From an uncultured bacterium (GTDB lineage: Bacteria; Planctomycetota; UBA8108; UBA1146): 64,000 bases of DNA. Below, piece after piece: positions 42,030-51,200 of this stretch. The position numbers and the translations under genes are program-made. Each line of letters opens with the position of its first letter. Within the stretch, counting starts at the first letter, position 1. The DNA lies in assembly GCA_937876125.1 (NCBI GenBank), contig CALEHF010000264.1:267-64266 (forward strand), in the 5' to 3' direction. The notes beneath the pieces are model-generated. The model worked only from the letters and a program-made list of their open reading frames with translations, made no database searches and was not told the DNA's origin.

Positions 42030-42755
42030 ATGTATTCAGGAACCGCCCCCTACTACGACAAGATCTACCAGTGGAAGGACTACGCGGGCGAAGTGGCGCG
42101 CATCCTCGCCCTCCTCGGGGAGCCGTCGCCCTCGACGAGCAATTCCACGCGCGGCGCGCTGCTGGATGTCGCCTGCGGCACCGGTGCACACCTCGAGCAC
42201 TTTTCCGAGCACTTTCGCGTCGAGGGGCTCGACCTCTGCCCCGAGTTGCTCGAGGTGGCACGCGCCCGATTGCCGGGCGTTCCTCTCCATGCAGGGGACA
42301 TGCTCTCCTTTGCTCTCGGCCGGACCTTCGATATCGTCACGTGCTTGTTCAGCGCCATCGGCTACGTCGGCACGATCGATGGCCTCCACCGGGCGATCGA
42401 ACGGATGGGAGCGCACGTCACGCCGGGGGGCGCGCTCGTCATTGAGCCGTGGTTCACTCCTGATGAGTTTCGAGCGAACAGCGCCCACCTTCTCACCATC
42501 GACGAGCCAGAACTGAAGATCGCGCGGGTCAACACGAGCACCCGAAACGGCAGGGTCTCCGTGATGGATCTCCACCACCTCATCGGAACTCCCGAGGAGA
42601 CGGTCCACATCGTCGAGCACCACGAGCTGACTTTATTCGAGCCGGAAGAGATGGTCGCCGCGTTCGAGGCGTCCGGCTTCCAGGTCGAGATCGACGAAGA
42701 GGGGCTCACGGGGCGGGGCCTTTACTACGGCCGGAAAGAGAGCCATCACCGATGA
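42030..42755 (+). CDS. TylM1/DesVI-like SAM-dependent N,N-dimethyltransferase family protein
   Basis: MYSGTAPYYDKIYQWKDYAGEVARI...LLDVACGTGAHLEHF...TCLFSAIGYV...VVIEPWFTPDEF... matches TylM1 along the full length. Confidence 0.7.
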   Translation: MYSGTAPYYDKIYQWKDYAGEVARILALLGEPSPSTSNSTRGALLDVACGTGAHLEHFSEHFRVEGLDLCPELLEVARARLPGVPLHAGDMLSFALGRTFDIVTCLFSAIGYVGTIDGLHRAIERMGAHVTPGGALVIEPWFTPDEFRANSAHLLTIDEPELKIARVNTSTRNGRVSVMDLHHLIGTPEETVHIVEHHELTLFEPEEMVAAFEASGFQVEIDEEGLTGRGLYYGRKESHHR

Positions 42756-43267
42756 TCGAGCTCGACGATCTGCTCTGGGGGGACCTGACCCACGCCTATG
42801 GGAGCGCTGCGAACATCCCCGATCTGTTACGGCAAGTGGCCGCCGATCCGAGCCCGAAGTCGAGTTCGCGCGACGAACCGTGGTTCACGTTGTGGTCCTC
42901 CCTCTGCCATCAGGGCGATGTGTACGAGGCGTCCTTCGCGGCGGTCCCGCACCTCGTCAAGGTACTCCACGTCGCCCAACCACCTTTAGCTTGGGACTTT
43001 TTCGCACTCCCCGCCGCGATCGAGTGCTCGCGCGCTCGCGGCTCGATCGAGATCCCGGTCGAACTCTCTCTCCCGTACACGCGCGCACTCAGCCAACTGC
43101 TCCCCGCGGCGGTGCGACTCGAGAAGGAGCCTTGGAATCACGATGGTGCCCAATCGGTGTGTGCCGCGATCGCCGCAGCCAAGGGCGCCACTGACCTCGC
43201 CGAAGCGCTCCTCGAGCTGGGACCGGAGACCACCCACCGGTTCCTGGTTCGCGAGGGGCTCCGGTGA
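42752..43267 (+). CDS. Hypothetical protein
   Basis: 171 aa. Start overlaps the methyltransferase stop (ATGA). No recognised domain. Confidence 0.5.
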   Translation: MIELDDLLWGDLTHAYGSAANIPDLLRQVAADPSPKSSSRDEPWFTLWSSLCHQGDVYEASFAAVPHLVKVLHVAQPPLAWDFFALPAAIECSRARGSIEIPVELSLPYTRALSQLLPAAVRLEKEPWNHDGAQSVCAAIAAAKGATDLAEALLELGPETTHRFLVREGLR

Positions 43268-43274
43268 GCCGCCG

Positions 43275-43763
43275 ATGGTAATCGAGGTGCGCGAGGCGCT
43301 CTTCGCTGATGCCGAGGGGATTCTCCAGGTCTTGAACCCGATCATTGAGACCGGTCTCTACTCCGCGATGAAGACTCCGCTCACCCTGGCCGAGCAGCGC
43401 GCGTTCCTCGCCGGTTTCACGAAGCGTGGGGTGTTCATCGTCGCGGCCGACGGCGAGACACTCGTCGGGCTCCAGAGCATCGAGCCTGCTCCAGGTCGGT
43501 CCGCCGACCCGGAGATCGGAGAGATCTCCACTTTCGTGCGACTCGGATCCCACCGCCGAGGGATCGGTCGCGCCCTCCATGCGCAAACCCTTCTGGGGGC
43601 AAAAGCGCGTGGCTATCGAACGCTCATCGCGACGATCCGCGCAGACAACCCGAGAGCACTCGCCTACTACCGAAGCCTCGGGTTCGTAAAGACGGCACGG
43701 TGGGATGAGGGAGACTCTTCCGTCGTTCGAACCGAGATCCAGGTCTCCACTGAAACCACCTGA
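43275..43763 (+). CDS. GNAT family N-acetyltransferase
   Basis: Acetyl-CoA-binding motif A, VRLGSHRRGIGRALHAQTL, and the R/Q-x-x-G-x-G/A pattern. Confidence 0.75.
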   Translation: MVIEVREALFADAEGILQVLNPIIETGLYSAMKTPLTLAEQRAFLAGFTKRGVFIVAADGETLVGLQSIEPAPGRSADPEIGEISTFVRLGSHRRGIGRALHAQTLLGAKARGYRTLIATIRADNPRALAYYRSLGFVKTARWDEGDSSVVRTEIQVSTETT

Positions 43764-43776
43764 GAGACGCGCTCAC

Positions 43777-44382
43777 TCACGGGCGTTCGGTGGGCGAACT
43801 CTCCCCCGCCCCCGGGAGCTCGGGCCACTCCCCCCCCGTCGCTTCCTCCGTGAGCAACCGAGCGATGGAGTCATAGCGATAGATCGTCGGAGCTCGATCG
43901 GTCGGAAGCCCGCCCGTGTCGGCAGTGGGCCCATAGGTCGAATAGAGTGGTTTCCCGATCAAACGGAGGAGCGTCGTCAGCTGTCCGCGGTGATGGGCCG
44001 AGTGGGTCAGACGTCGCACGAAGATCCATGCATGAGAGCGTCGCGTATCGAAGAACGCGGTTTCTTCTCCCCACCACTCAGGCGGGCGCGCGCCGAGGAT
44101 GCTCTGCCGCTCTTTGGACACCGCGGCATAGTGCTCGAGGAATGACAGGCGATCTTCGTTCTTGGGGAGCGCGGGGAGTTTCGGCTCGACGGCGAGCATG
44201 TTCCGCATCCATCCATCTTCTGAGACGCATTGATGCACAAAGTGTTCGAGAGGGGTCCGTGCCAGCTCAGCGGGACGGAATCCGAGGTCGGTATCGGCAA
44301 ACAGCGACCAAGCGGTGAGAGTCTTGAGTCGCTCAGTTTCATAGGTCGGGAGCAGGAACTCTCCCGGGTGCGGAATGCTCAT
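43777..44382 (-). CDS. DinB/YfiT-like (DinB_2) metal-dependent hydrolase-fold protein
   Basis: MSIPHPGEFLLPTYETERLKT... and ...HSAHHRGQLTTLLRL, a DinB-superfamily His motif. Confidence 0.55.
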   Translation of the reverse strand: MSIPHPGEFLLPTYETERLKTLTAWSLFADTDLGFRPAELARTPLEHFVHQCVSEDGWMRNMLAVEPKLPALPKNEDRLSFLEHYAAVSKERQSILGARPPEWWGEETAFFDTRRSHAWIFVRRLTHSAHHRGQLTTLLRLIGKPLYSTYGPTADTGGLPTDRAPTIYRYDSIARLLTEEATGGEWPELPGAGESSPTERP

Positions 44383-44552
44383 CGGATCCCCTTTCCCGCC
44401 GTCGAGAGTCACCGTAGCGACTTTGATGTGGCGTGAAAAGCGCTCAAGGCCCCTCGCTCAGAGGAAAGAGGGGAGTCGGTCGCCATCGTAGGGGGGTATG
44501 ATGTCGACATCACTCGACGGACGACGATTTCGACCTAGGAGAGGAGCCTCCC

Positions 44553-46070
44553 GTGCGATCGATATCGCTATTGCCGAGACCCGCGCAGACCATCTTGCTC
44601 TTTCTCTGGATCATGACTCTGTTCTCGTCTCGAGCGGACGCGACGTGGTCGATCGTGATCTGCGACTCGGAGACGAAAGAGGTCGGAATCGCCTCGGTCA
44701 CCTGCCTCAGCCAGTTCAACCTTCGAGCGATCACGCCGGTGGTCGTCGTCGGGAAGGGCGCCGCAGCGGTCCAAGCCGCAGGCGATTTCGATGGCATTCG
44801 GCGTCCCATCATCCGCACCCGGTTTCTCCTCGGGATCGCTCCCACCTCAATGCTTTCGACTCTCTCTCAAGTCGCCGGCCACGCGAGCCGTCAGTACGGC
44901 ATCGTGGACACTCAAGGAAGAACAGCGACGTTCACCGGCGGCTTGAACGCTGATTGGGCGGGCGGTGTGACGGGTGATATTGGGACGCTCTCTTACGCGA
45001 TCCAGGGCAACATTCTGGTGGGGCCATGCGTGGTGAGTGCGGTCGAGACCGCGCTCTTGAACACCCCCGGCGACCTTCCCACCAAGCTGATGGCGGGGAT
45101 GCAGGTCGCGAAAGACGCTGGCGGCGACGGCCGCTGTTCTTGCGCCGGCACGCCGACTTCGTGTGGGTGTCCCCCGGTGTCCTTCACGAAGTCGGGACAC
45201 ATCGGCTACCTCCTCGTCGCTCGGATCGGGGACAGCGAGGACCCGGTCTGCAACGCGAACGGCTGCGCCGATGGCGATTACCTCTACGCGCTCAATGTCG
45301 GCCCCCAGTCGGTGAACGCGCCCGACCCCGTCGATCAGTTGCAGGTGCTCTTCGACGCGCGGCGGGCTGAACTCGCCGGGCGACCGGACGCGCACGCGAG
45401 CACCGCGGCGATCACGGGGGGCGCGAGCGGCCCGCTACTCACCATCGCTCTCGCCGACTACGACGGGTTCGCGGTGACGATGCCCGTCACCATCACGATT
45501 GATCACACCGCCGCGAGCGCAGGTTTGAGTGCGATCGGAGCGCCGGTTGATCTCGGCGGCGGTCAGTTCGAAGTTCCTCTCACCGGCACGGAGATCCCGG
45601 GAATCGACGAGTTTCTGATCACCGTCGACGACGGGTTTCGCCCGGTGGTGCTCTCCCCGCTGCCGAGCTACTGCGCGGGATCGGTCGCGGCAGGGGCGGC
45701 CGACTGCAACGGAAACGCACTCCCCGACTTTTGTGACCTCGCGGCGGAGACCTCGGTCGATCTCGACCTCGACGGTTTTCCGGATGAGTGCGCGCTCTTT
45801 CGACGCGGCGACTGTAACGGCGACGGCGGCATCGATGTCGCCGATGCGATCTTCTCCCTCGAGCACCTCTTTGGTTCCGCCGCCCCCACAGTCAACTGCC
45901 GCGAGGCATGCAACACCAACGGCAGCGCGACCTACGACCTCGGCGATCCGATCACGCTTCTCAGTCACCTCTTCAGCGGCGGCGCCACACTCCCCCCTCC
46001 GTTCATGGAGTGCGGAGTGGATGTCCTCGTCCCGGCGATCGACTGCCAAGCGGGGACGGTATGTCCCTGA
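44553..46070 (+). CDS. Secreted DUF1028 (Ntn-hydrolase-like) protein with the dockerin-like 4-Cys C-terminal module (CTD member 2)
   Basis: Signal peptide, then TWSIVICDSETKEVGIASVTC, the DUF1028 N-terminal Thr-nucleophile motif. C-terminus FRRGDCNGDGGIDVADAIFSLEHLF...YDLGDPITLLSHLFSGG...PPPFMECGVDVLVPAIDCQAGTVCP. Confidence 0.75.
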   Translation: MRSISLLPRPAQTILLFLWIMTLFSSRADATWSIVICDSETKEVGIASVTCLSQFNLRAITPVVVVGKGAAAVQAAGDFDGIRRPIIRTRFLLGIAPTSMLSTLSQVAGHASRQYGIVDTQGRTATFTGGLNADWAGGVTGDIGTLSYAIQGNILVGPCVVSAVETALLNTPGDLPTKLMAGMQVAKDAGGDGRCSCAGTPTSCGCPPVSFTKSGHIGYLLVARIGDSEDPVCNANGCADGDYLYALNVGPQSVNAPDPVDQLQVLFDARRAELAGRPDAHASTAAITGGASGPLLTIALADYDGFAVTMPVTITIDHTAASAGLSAIGAPVDLGGGQFEVPLTGTEIPGIDEFLITVDDGFRPVVLSPLPSYCAGSVAAGAADCNGNALPDFCDLAAETSVDLDLDGFPDECALFRRGDCNGDGGIDVADAIFSLEHLFGSAAPTVNCREACNTNGSATYDLGDPITLLSHLFSGGATLPPPFMECGVDVLVPAIDCQAGTVCP

Positions 46071-46453
46071 TCCACGGGCGCCAGCGCCGCGAGGGGTCCG
46101 CCGCGGCTCGAGCGGTGATCGCGCTGAACTTCGCCTGCATGGCGGGGCTCGCGGCGGTGTTGATCTGGCTGCCGTGGAAGGCGAGCACGGCAGATTTTCC
46201 GGTGCCGCCAGCGCAGGTGGAGTTCCCCGAGGTCGAGCCGCCAACGACAACGCCACCGACTACGCCCACGCCCATGCCCACGCCTTCGATCGAGGAACTC
46301 CTCGGCGCCGATCCACCCCGAACTGATCCTCTGGGTTCTGGCTCTCCGGGAGAAACTCCTCCTCCCACGCTCGAGCCGGGTGACCCCCCTCCGCCCCCAC
46401 CGCCCAAAGAAGAGCCGAAGAAGAAGCCGATGAAGAAGAAGTACTACCGCTGA
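46061..46453 (+). CDS. Small membrane protein with a Pro/Thr-rich and Lys-rich tail (TonB-N-terminal-like)
   Basis: The ATG at 46061 overlaps the upstream stop. TM helix AVIALNFACMAGLAAVLIWL, then PPTTTPPTTPTPMPTP...PPPPPPPKEEPKKKPMKKKYYR. Confidence 0.45.
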   Translation: MSLIHGRQRREGSAAARAVIALNFACMAGLAAVLIWLPWKASTADFPVPPAQVEFPEVEPPTTTPPTTPTPMPTPSIEELLGADPPRTDPLGSGSPGETPPPTLEPGDPPPPPPPKEEPKKKPMKKKYYR

Positions 46454-46799
46454 CGTCGCCCTCACTGCACCTCATGAAACCAGGCTAAGATCACCGCACG
46501 GCGCACCTCCTGCTTACCGTGTCGCCTCCCCTATTTTGCCGTTTACCGGGAACAGAATGTGAGGATTCCATGCTGCGTCCCTCGCTCTCCTTTCCCTCTT
46601 CTCGCTCGGTGGCGTTCCCGCTCTCCCCACCGCGTTCGCCGAAGCGGGCGACCTCGCCGTTCCGGCCGCATACCCCACCATTCAGAGCGCGATCGAAGCC
46701 AGCCTCAACGACGACCGTGTCCTCGTCACTCTCGGCACGTACTTCGAGCAGCTCGTCATCACTGAGCGATCCATCGAGATTGCCGCCGACGGCGGAAGC

Positions 46800-48182
46800 G
46801 TGACCGTCGATGGCGGTGGGATCGGGGACACGATCACGGCGAACCTCGGTGCAGGATTCTCCCTGACGCTCACCGGACTCACCATCACCGGGAGCGACAA
46901 CCAACAAGAGACCGATACCCTGGGGACGGGGCTGTTAGTTTTCGGGGGATCGCTGACCCTCCGCCAGTGCAATGTGATCGGGAACGACCGCGGAGTCTTT
47001 GTGATCGGCGGATCTGGACAGCTGGTGGAGGAGTGCATCTTTTCGGATCACTGGCGCAGTGCATTGGTGTTCACTCAGGCGGATGGCTCGACGACCGTCG
47101 TCGAGAGCCTGTTCACCGAGAGCCTGTTCACCGACAATCACACCTTTAGCGTTGGCGGCGGACTCTTGATCGAGGGATCGGTCAACGGAACGACTGGCGT
47201 GGTCGTCGTTGCGGCCTGCGAGTTCGATGCGAACCTCGCCGAGTTTATCGGGGCCGGAGCGTTCTTCGGCTACCTCGGGAGCGTCCACATGACGCAGACC
47301 TTGTTCACCAACAATGTGTCCCCCGCGAATGCCGGCGCGTTGATCACGAATCAGATCGTGTCATTCCTCGCCGAAGACTGTCGATTCTTCGGAAACCTCG
47401 CCGGGTTGGGTGGCGGGGCGTTCGTCGACTCGATGCCTGGCTTGTCCGTGGAGTTCGAGCGGTGCCTGTTTGTCGACAACGATGTCACCGTTGGCGGCGG
47501 GGCCATCGCCTGCTCGATCAATGGCGGCGACGTCGTCCTGCGTCGCTGCACGATGGCCAACTCTACCTCACCCGGCGCCACCGCGGTGCGAGCCGTCACC
47601 CATCATGTGCTGATCGAGAACAGCATCATCTGGGGAAACGGACCGGGTCCTTTGTTTCAAATGCACCCGGGGGGCTCGGTGGACGTTCGATACTCGGACG
47701 TTCAGGGAGGCATCCCGGGGATCGGAAACTTCGACCTCGATCCGCTCTTCACCGACCCGGCCAATGGCTTCCAGTACTCCCTCCAGCCCGGCTACCCCTG
47801 CATCGACGCAGGGGATCCGGACCACTCCCTCGACCCCGATGGCAGTGTTGTCGACCTGGGTGCGATTCCCTTCCAGCCGAGCAGCGCCTCGCCCCTCGCG
47901 GGGATGGGTCCCCGATTCCTGCGCGGTGACGTCAACGCGGAGAGCCAAGTGGACCTCGCCGATCCGATCGCCCTGCTCAATCACTTGTTCTCGACAACAT
48001 TCTTGAGCTGTGAGGACCGTGCCGACGCGAACGACGACGGTCAGCTCGACATCGCGGATCCGATCCGCCTGTTGGGATTCTTGTTCGCGTCGGGTGATGC
48101 CCCCGCCGCTCCGTACCCGAGCTGCTGGTGGGATGGCTCAGTGGATGCGCTGCGGTGCGTTGACGTGGGCGTCTGCCCCTGA
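46800..48182 (+). CDS. Secreted right-handed parallel beta-helix protein with the dockerin-like 4-Cys C-terminal module (CTD member 3). The real N-terminus probably lies upstream, in-frame from about 46563, with no canonical start.
   Basis: Beta-helix repeats (…NDRGVFVIGGSG…, …GGGAFVDS…, …NSIIWGN…). C-terminus FLRGDVNAESQVDLADPIALLNHLF...ANDDGQLDIADPIRLLGFLF...PAAPYPSCWWDGSVDALRCVDVGVCP. The same frame upstream encodes a clean signal peptide (ASLALLSLFSLGGVPALPTAFA). Confidence 0.65.
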   Translation: MTVDGGGIGDTITANLGAGFSLTLTGLTITGSDNQQETDTLGTGLLVFGGSLTLRQCNVIGNDRGVFVIGGSGQLVEECIFSDHWRSALVFTQADGSTTVVESLFTESLFTDNHTFSVGGGLLIEGSVNGTTGVVVVAACEFDANLAEFIGAGAFFGYLGSVHMTQTLFTNNVSPANAGALITNQIVSFLAEDCRFFGNLAGLGGGAFVDSMPGLSVEFERCLFVDNDVTVGGGAIACSINGGDVVLRRCTMANSTSPGATAVRAVTHHVLIENSIIWGNGPGPLFQMHPGGSVDVRYSDVQGGIPGIGNFDLDPLFTDPANGFQYSLQPGYPCIDAGDPDHSLDPDGSVVDLGAIPFQPSSASPLAGMGPRFLRGDVNAESQVDLADPIALLNHLFSTTFLSCEDRADANDDGQLDIADPIRLLGFLFASGDAPAAPYPSCWWDGSVDALRCVDVGVCP

Positions 48183-48266
48183 ACGTTGGATGACCTTGAT
48201 AATGGAAACGCGAGCCGACGGAGCAGCTCCGCGCGGCTCGCGCCTTCTAAGAGAAGGGCCGACGAT

Positions 48267-51200
48267 TCACTGCACGAGGAGCGCCGGATCACCGAGCAGG
48301 ACCCAACTCCGAATCACGTCCGCGTTCTCTGGATCGTCGGCGAGTTGCTCCTGCGCGTTGCAGATCACATCGCCGATTCGGATCCCCGAGCCGAGGAAAA
48401 GACTGGAGTACAAAGCCTCCGCGAAGACCTGCTGCCTGAGAGTCGTCGTCACCGCGGTCGGTCCGAAGAAGGCAACCGCACCACCCGCCGGTTCGACGAC
48501 CAGCGCTTCCCCGAGGGATGGGGTCCCCGGGTGTTGGAAGAAACCGTTCAGGCAGTTCATGGCGATCACCAACGGGGGGGTCGGGTCGGGACTCAGGGCC
48601 GGCATGTCGCTCAGGAGAAGGATTCCCTCGTCCGCCCACTGCTGTCGGCTTCCGTGACCTGTGTAGTGGACCACCGTCGCACTCGGCCACTCGATCGTGA
48701 TGAGCTCGGTGCGGAGCGCGCTGATCGGCATCGTGTCCAACTCGAGCGAGTGTACGTTGACGCCGATCGGGAGGAGCGGCGGAATCACCGCGCTCATCCC
48801 GTCGAAGTCGTCCCCATCGTCGCCGATGAGGAGCACTCGAGGCTGCGGGAGAACCCGGCCCGGGGAGTCGTGCGCGATCGTTTTCTGGACCATCGTCTGG
48901 CACTCGAGCACGGTCGCGACAGGGAACCGACCCACGGCCAGTTCGGGGACTCCATCCCCATCCAGATCTCCGTAGTGCGCATCGGATGCTGTCTGGATTG
49001 AACCGACCTCGATGAGAGGAGTGGGCAGAATCTGCCGTGGGGAGTTGCCGAGGTGGCCCGCCGGATCGTAGGTCGCATCTCCAACGAGAAGGAGGAATGC
49101 CGGGCCCGGAGGACGTGCCCACTCGAGCGCGTTCTCGATGAATCTCTCAATCGCGTCAGAGGTGGGTCGCCCCCCGTCGAAGCGGTCGTAGATCTCCTCG
49201 AGTGAGACCACGGCGGTTCGCAGCCCCGTTGCGCGTCTCAAGGCCTCGAGCGGAAGGATTTCCGATCGGAACGCGTCGGGGCAAATCGCGATCCAGTCGG
49301 CATCGAGGGCCGCCCGGAGAGTCGTTTCTGTGCCGCGCGATTCGAGAGAGACCGCACCGCGCGCCGCGGCATCCGTGAAAGCCTCCACTACCCCACCGTG
49401 GGGAAGCGTGCACTCCACCGCCCACTCGGCCGGCGAGATCGAACTGACCGCCGCCCCGACGATCCGTCGAGGTTCATCGGTTCCGCTCCGCTGATAGACG
49501 GATATCGCATCGCTCGTGAAACCCTCGAACCGCACCGTGCTGCCTCCCGCGATCCGGGCGCGAAGGCGATCGGCTGCCGCGCTGTACAGCCGGGGATAGG
49601 TCACCCGAAGCGTATCGAGAAAGACGACGTCCGGCGTGTCGAGCAACTCCTGCTCGAGAGTGATCAGGTGAGAGCCGTTCGACACGAGCCCGGCGGGCAC
49701 CGAAAAGGTACCGCAATACGGGCCAGAGCCGTTCGCGGTCGCGACTCCGATCTCGACCCCATCCCAGAGGACGCGAGTGAGATGGTCCAAGGGGGCGAGA
49801 CGGTCCTCGCTCCACCCCTCGAGCCACAACTCCACCAGAGTCGGGGTGGCGGCGGGGGCCACCGCAGCCAGTTCGACGAGGAGTTCGAGAGAACCCGGGC
49901 TCGCGAGAAACTCGTCGAACCAGTGATCGCGCCCCGCACCATCGGCGAGGGACAGAACGTAAATGTCCTCTGCGGAGAACTCGATCCTGTGTGGGGATGC
50001 CCCGACGACGGCTGTAGAGAACGCCGGAGCTCCGGCGATCTCTGGAATTCGAGGAGGGGTGAGCCCGGGAGCGACGAGATCGAGGACGTAGACATCGAGT
50101 TTCGTCTCGGGGTGAGTGAACGGTACCGCGAGAAAATCGATCGCATCCCCCGGGTCGAACGAGCCGTCTGCGCCGCCGACGATGAAGATCGGGCACGCCT
50201 CATCATCACGCCGGAGTCGGAAGCGAGTCGGATCGACGCCGACGGGAAATCCTGCGGCAGCAAGGTCGGAGTGCCTGAGGCGGAGCATCCCGTCGGGCTC
50301 CACTCGGATGCGCAACGCCGCAGAACTCCCCGGAGCGCTCGCCTGGGTGAGCGCGGACGACGAGGAAGCAGTCGGGGTCGGCGTGGGGACCGGGAGCTGG
50401 GTCCCAACCCTCCTTCGGGAAGTGCGCGGGAACCCCATCTCGCTCAACTTCTGGGCAGCGCCATCCATCTGGTTCGGCCCGGCCGCCCTTCCCCTCGCGT
50501 GCTTTGCGACTGTGTTCCCCAGCTGAGACCGCCGCCCCGCCTGGTCGATCTCGATCAATCGGTACTGTGCGCCTGGGTGAGCACCCGGCAGGTCATCGAC
50601 CAAGCGGTAGCTCGCCCCGCCCGGGGCCACTCCGCGGGCGGGTATCAGCTCTGGTCCGATGGGGGTGAACGACCCGCCCGAAGCGGCGCGCTCGAGCTGG
50701 AATCCCAAGCAGCACCACTCGGCAGATGTCTCCCACCCGAGGACGACGTCAAGAGCCCCGGCGGTGGCGGCGAAGGTGTTCAACCGAGCGGGGGTGGAAG
50801 CGCCCCAGATGATGAAACCAGGGGTCACGGTCCCGCCACCGTTGTCGTCCTCGTTCGCAGCGCCGCCGAAGTCGCCACCGTAGGGGTCAAAAGTGATCGC
50901 AGCGGTCGCGGCCTGGGTCACCACGTTGTTCGCTAGATTGCTGTTCGGATCCTCGAAGTAGACCGACGCAAGAGTGACGGCGTTGTCGTTATCCATGATT
51001 GTGAGCAGGGTGCCCCCGGGCGCGCCATATGCGAGATACACGTCATCGAATTGCGTGAGTGCGGTGACCGAGGCGCTGTCGGTGATCTGGAGTCCGAACG
51101 CGTCCATGTACGCGAAGTAGGCACTGCTCGCGTTTAAGATCCCTTCGGCGTCGACGGCAAAAGAATAGCGCCCGGGCGTCGCAGTGTCGGAGGCCGTGAC

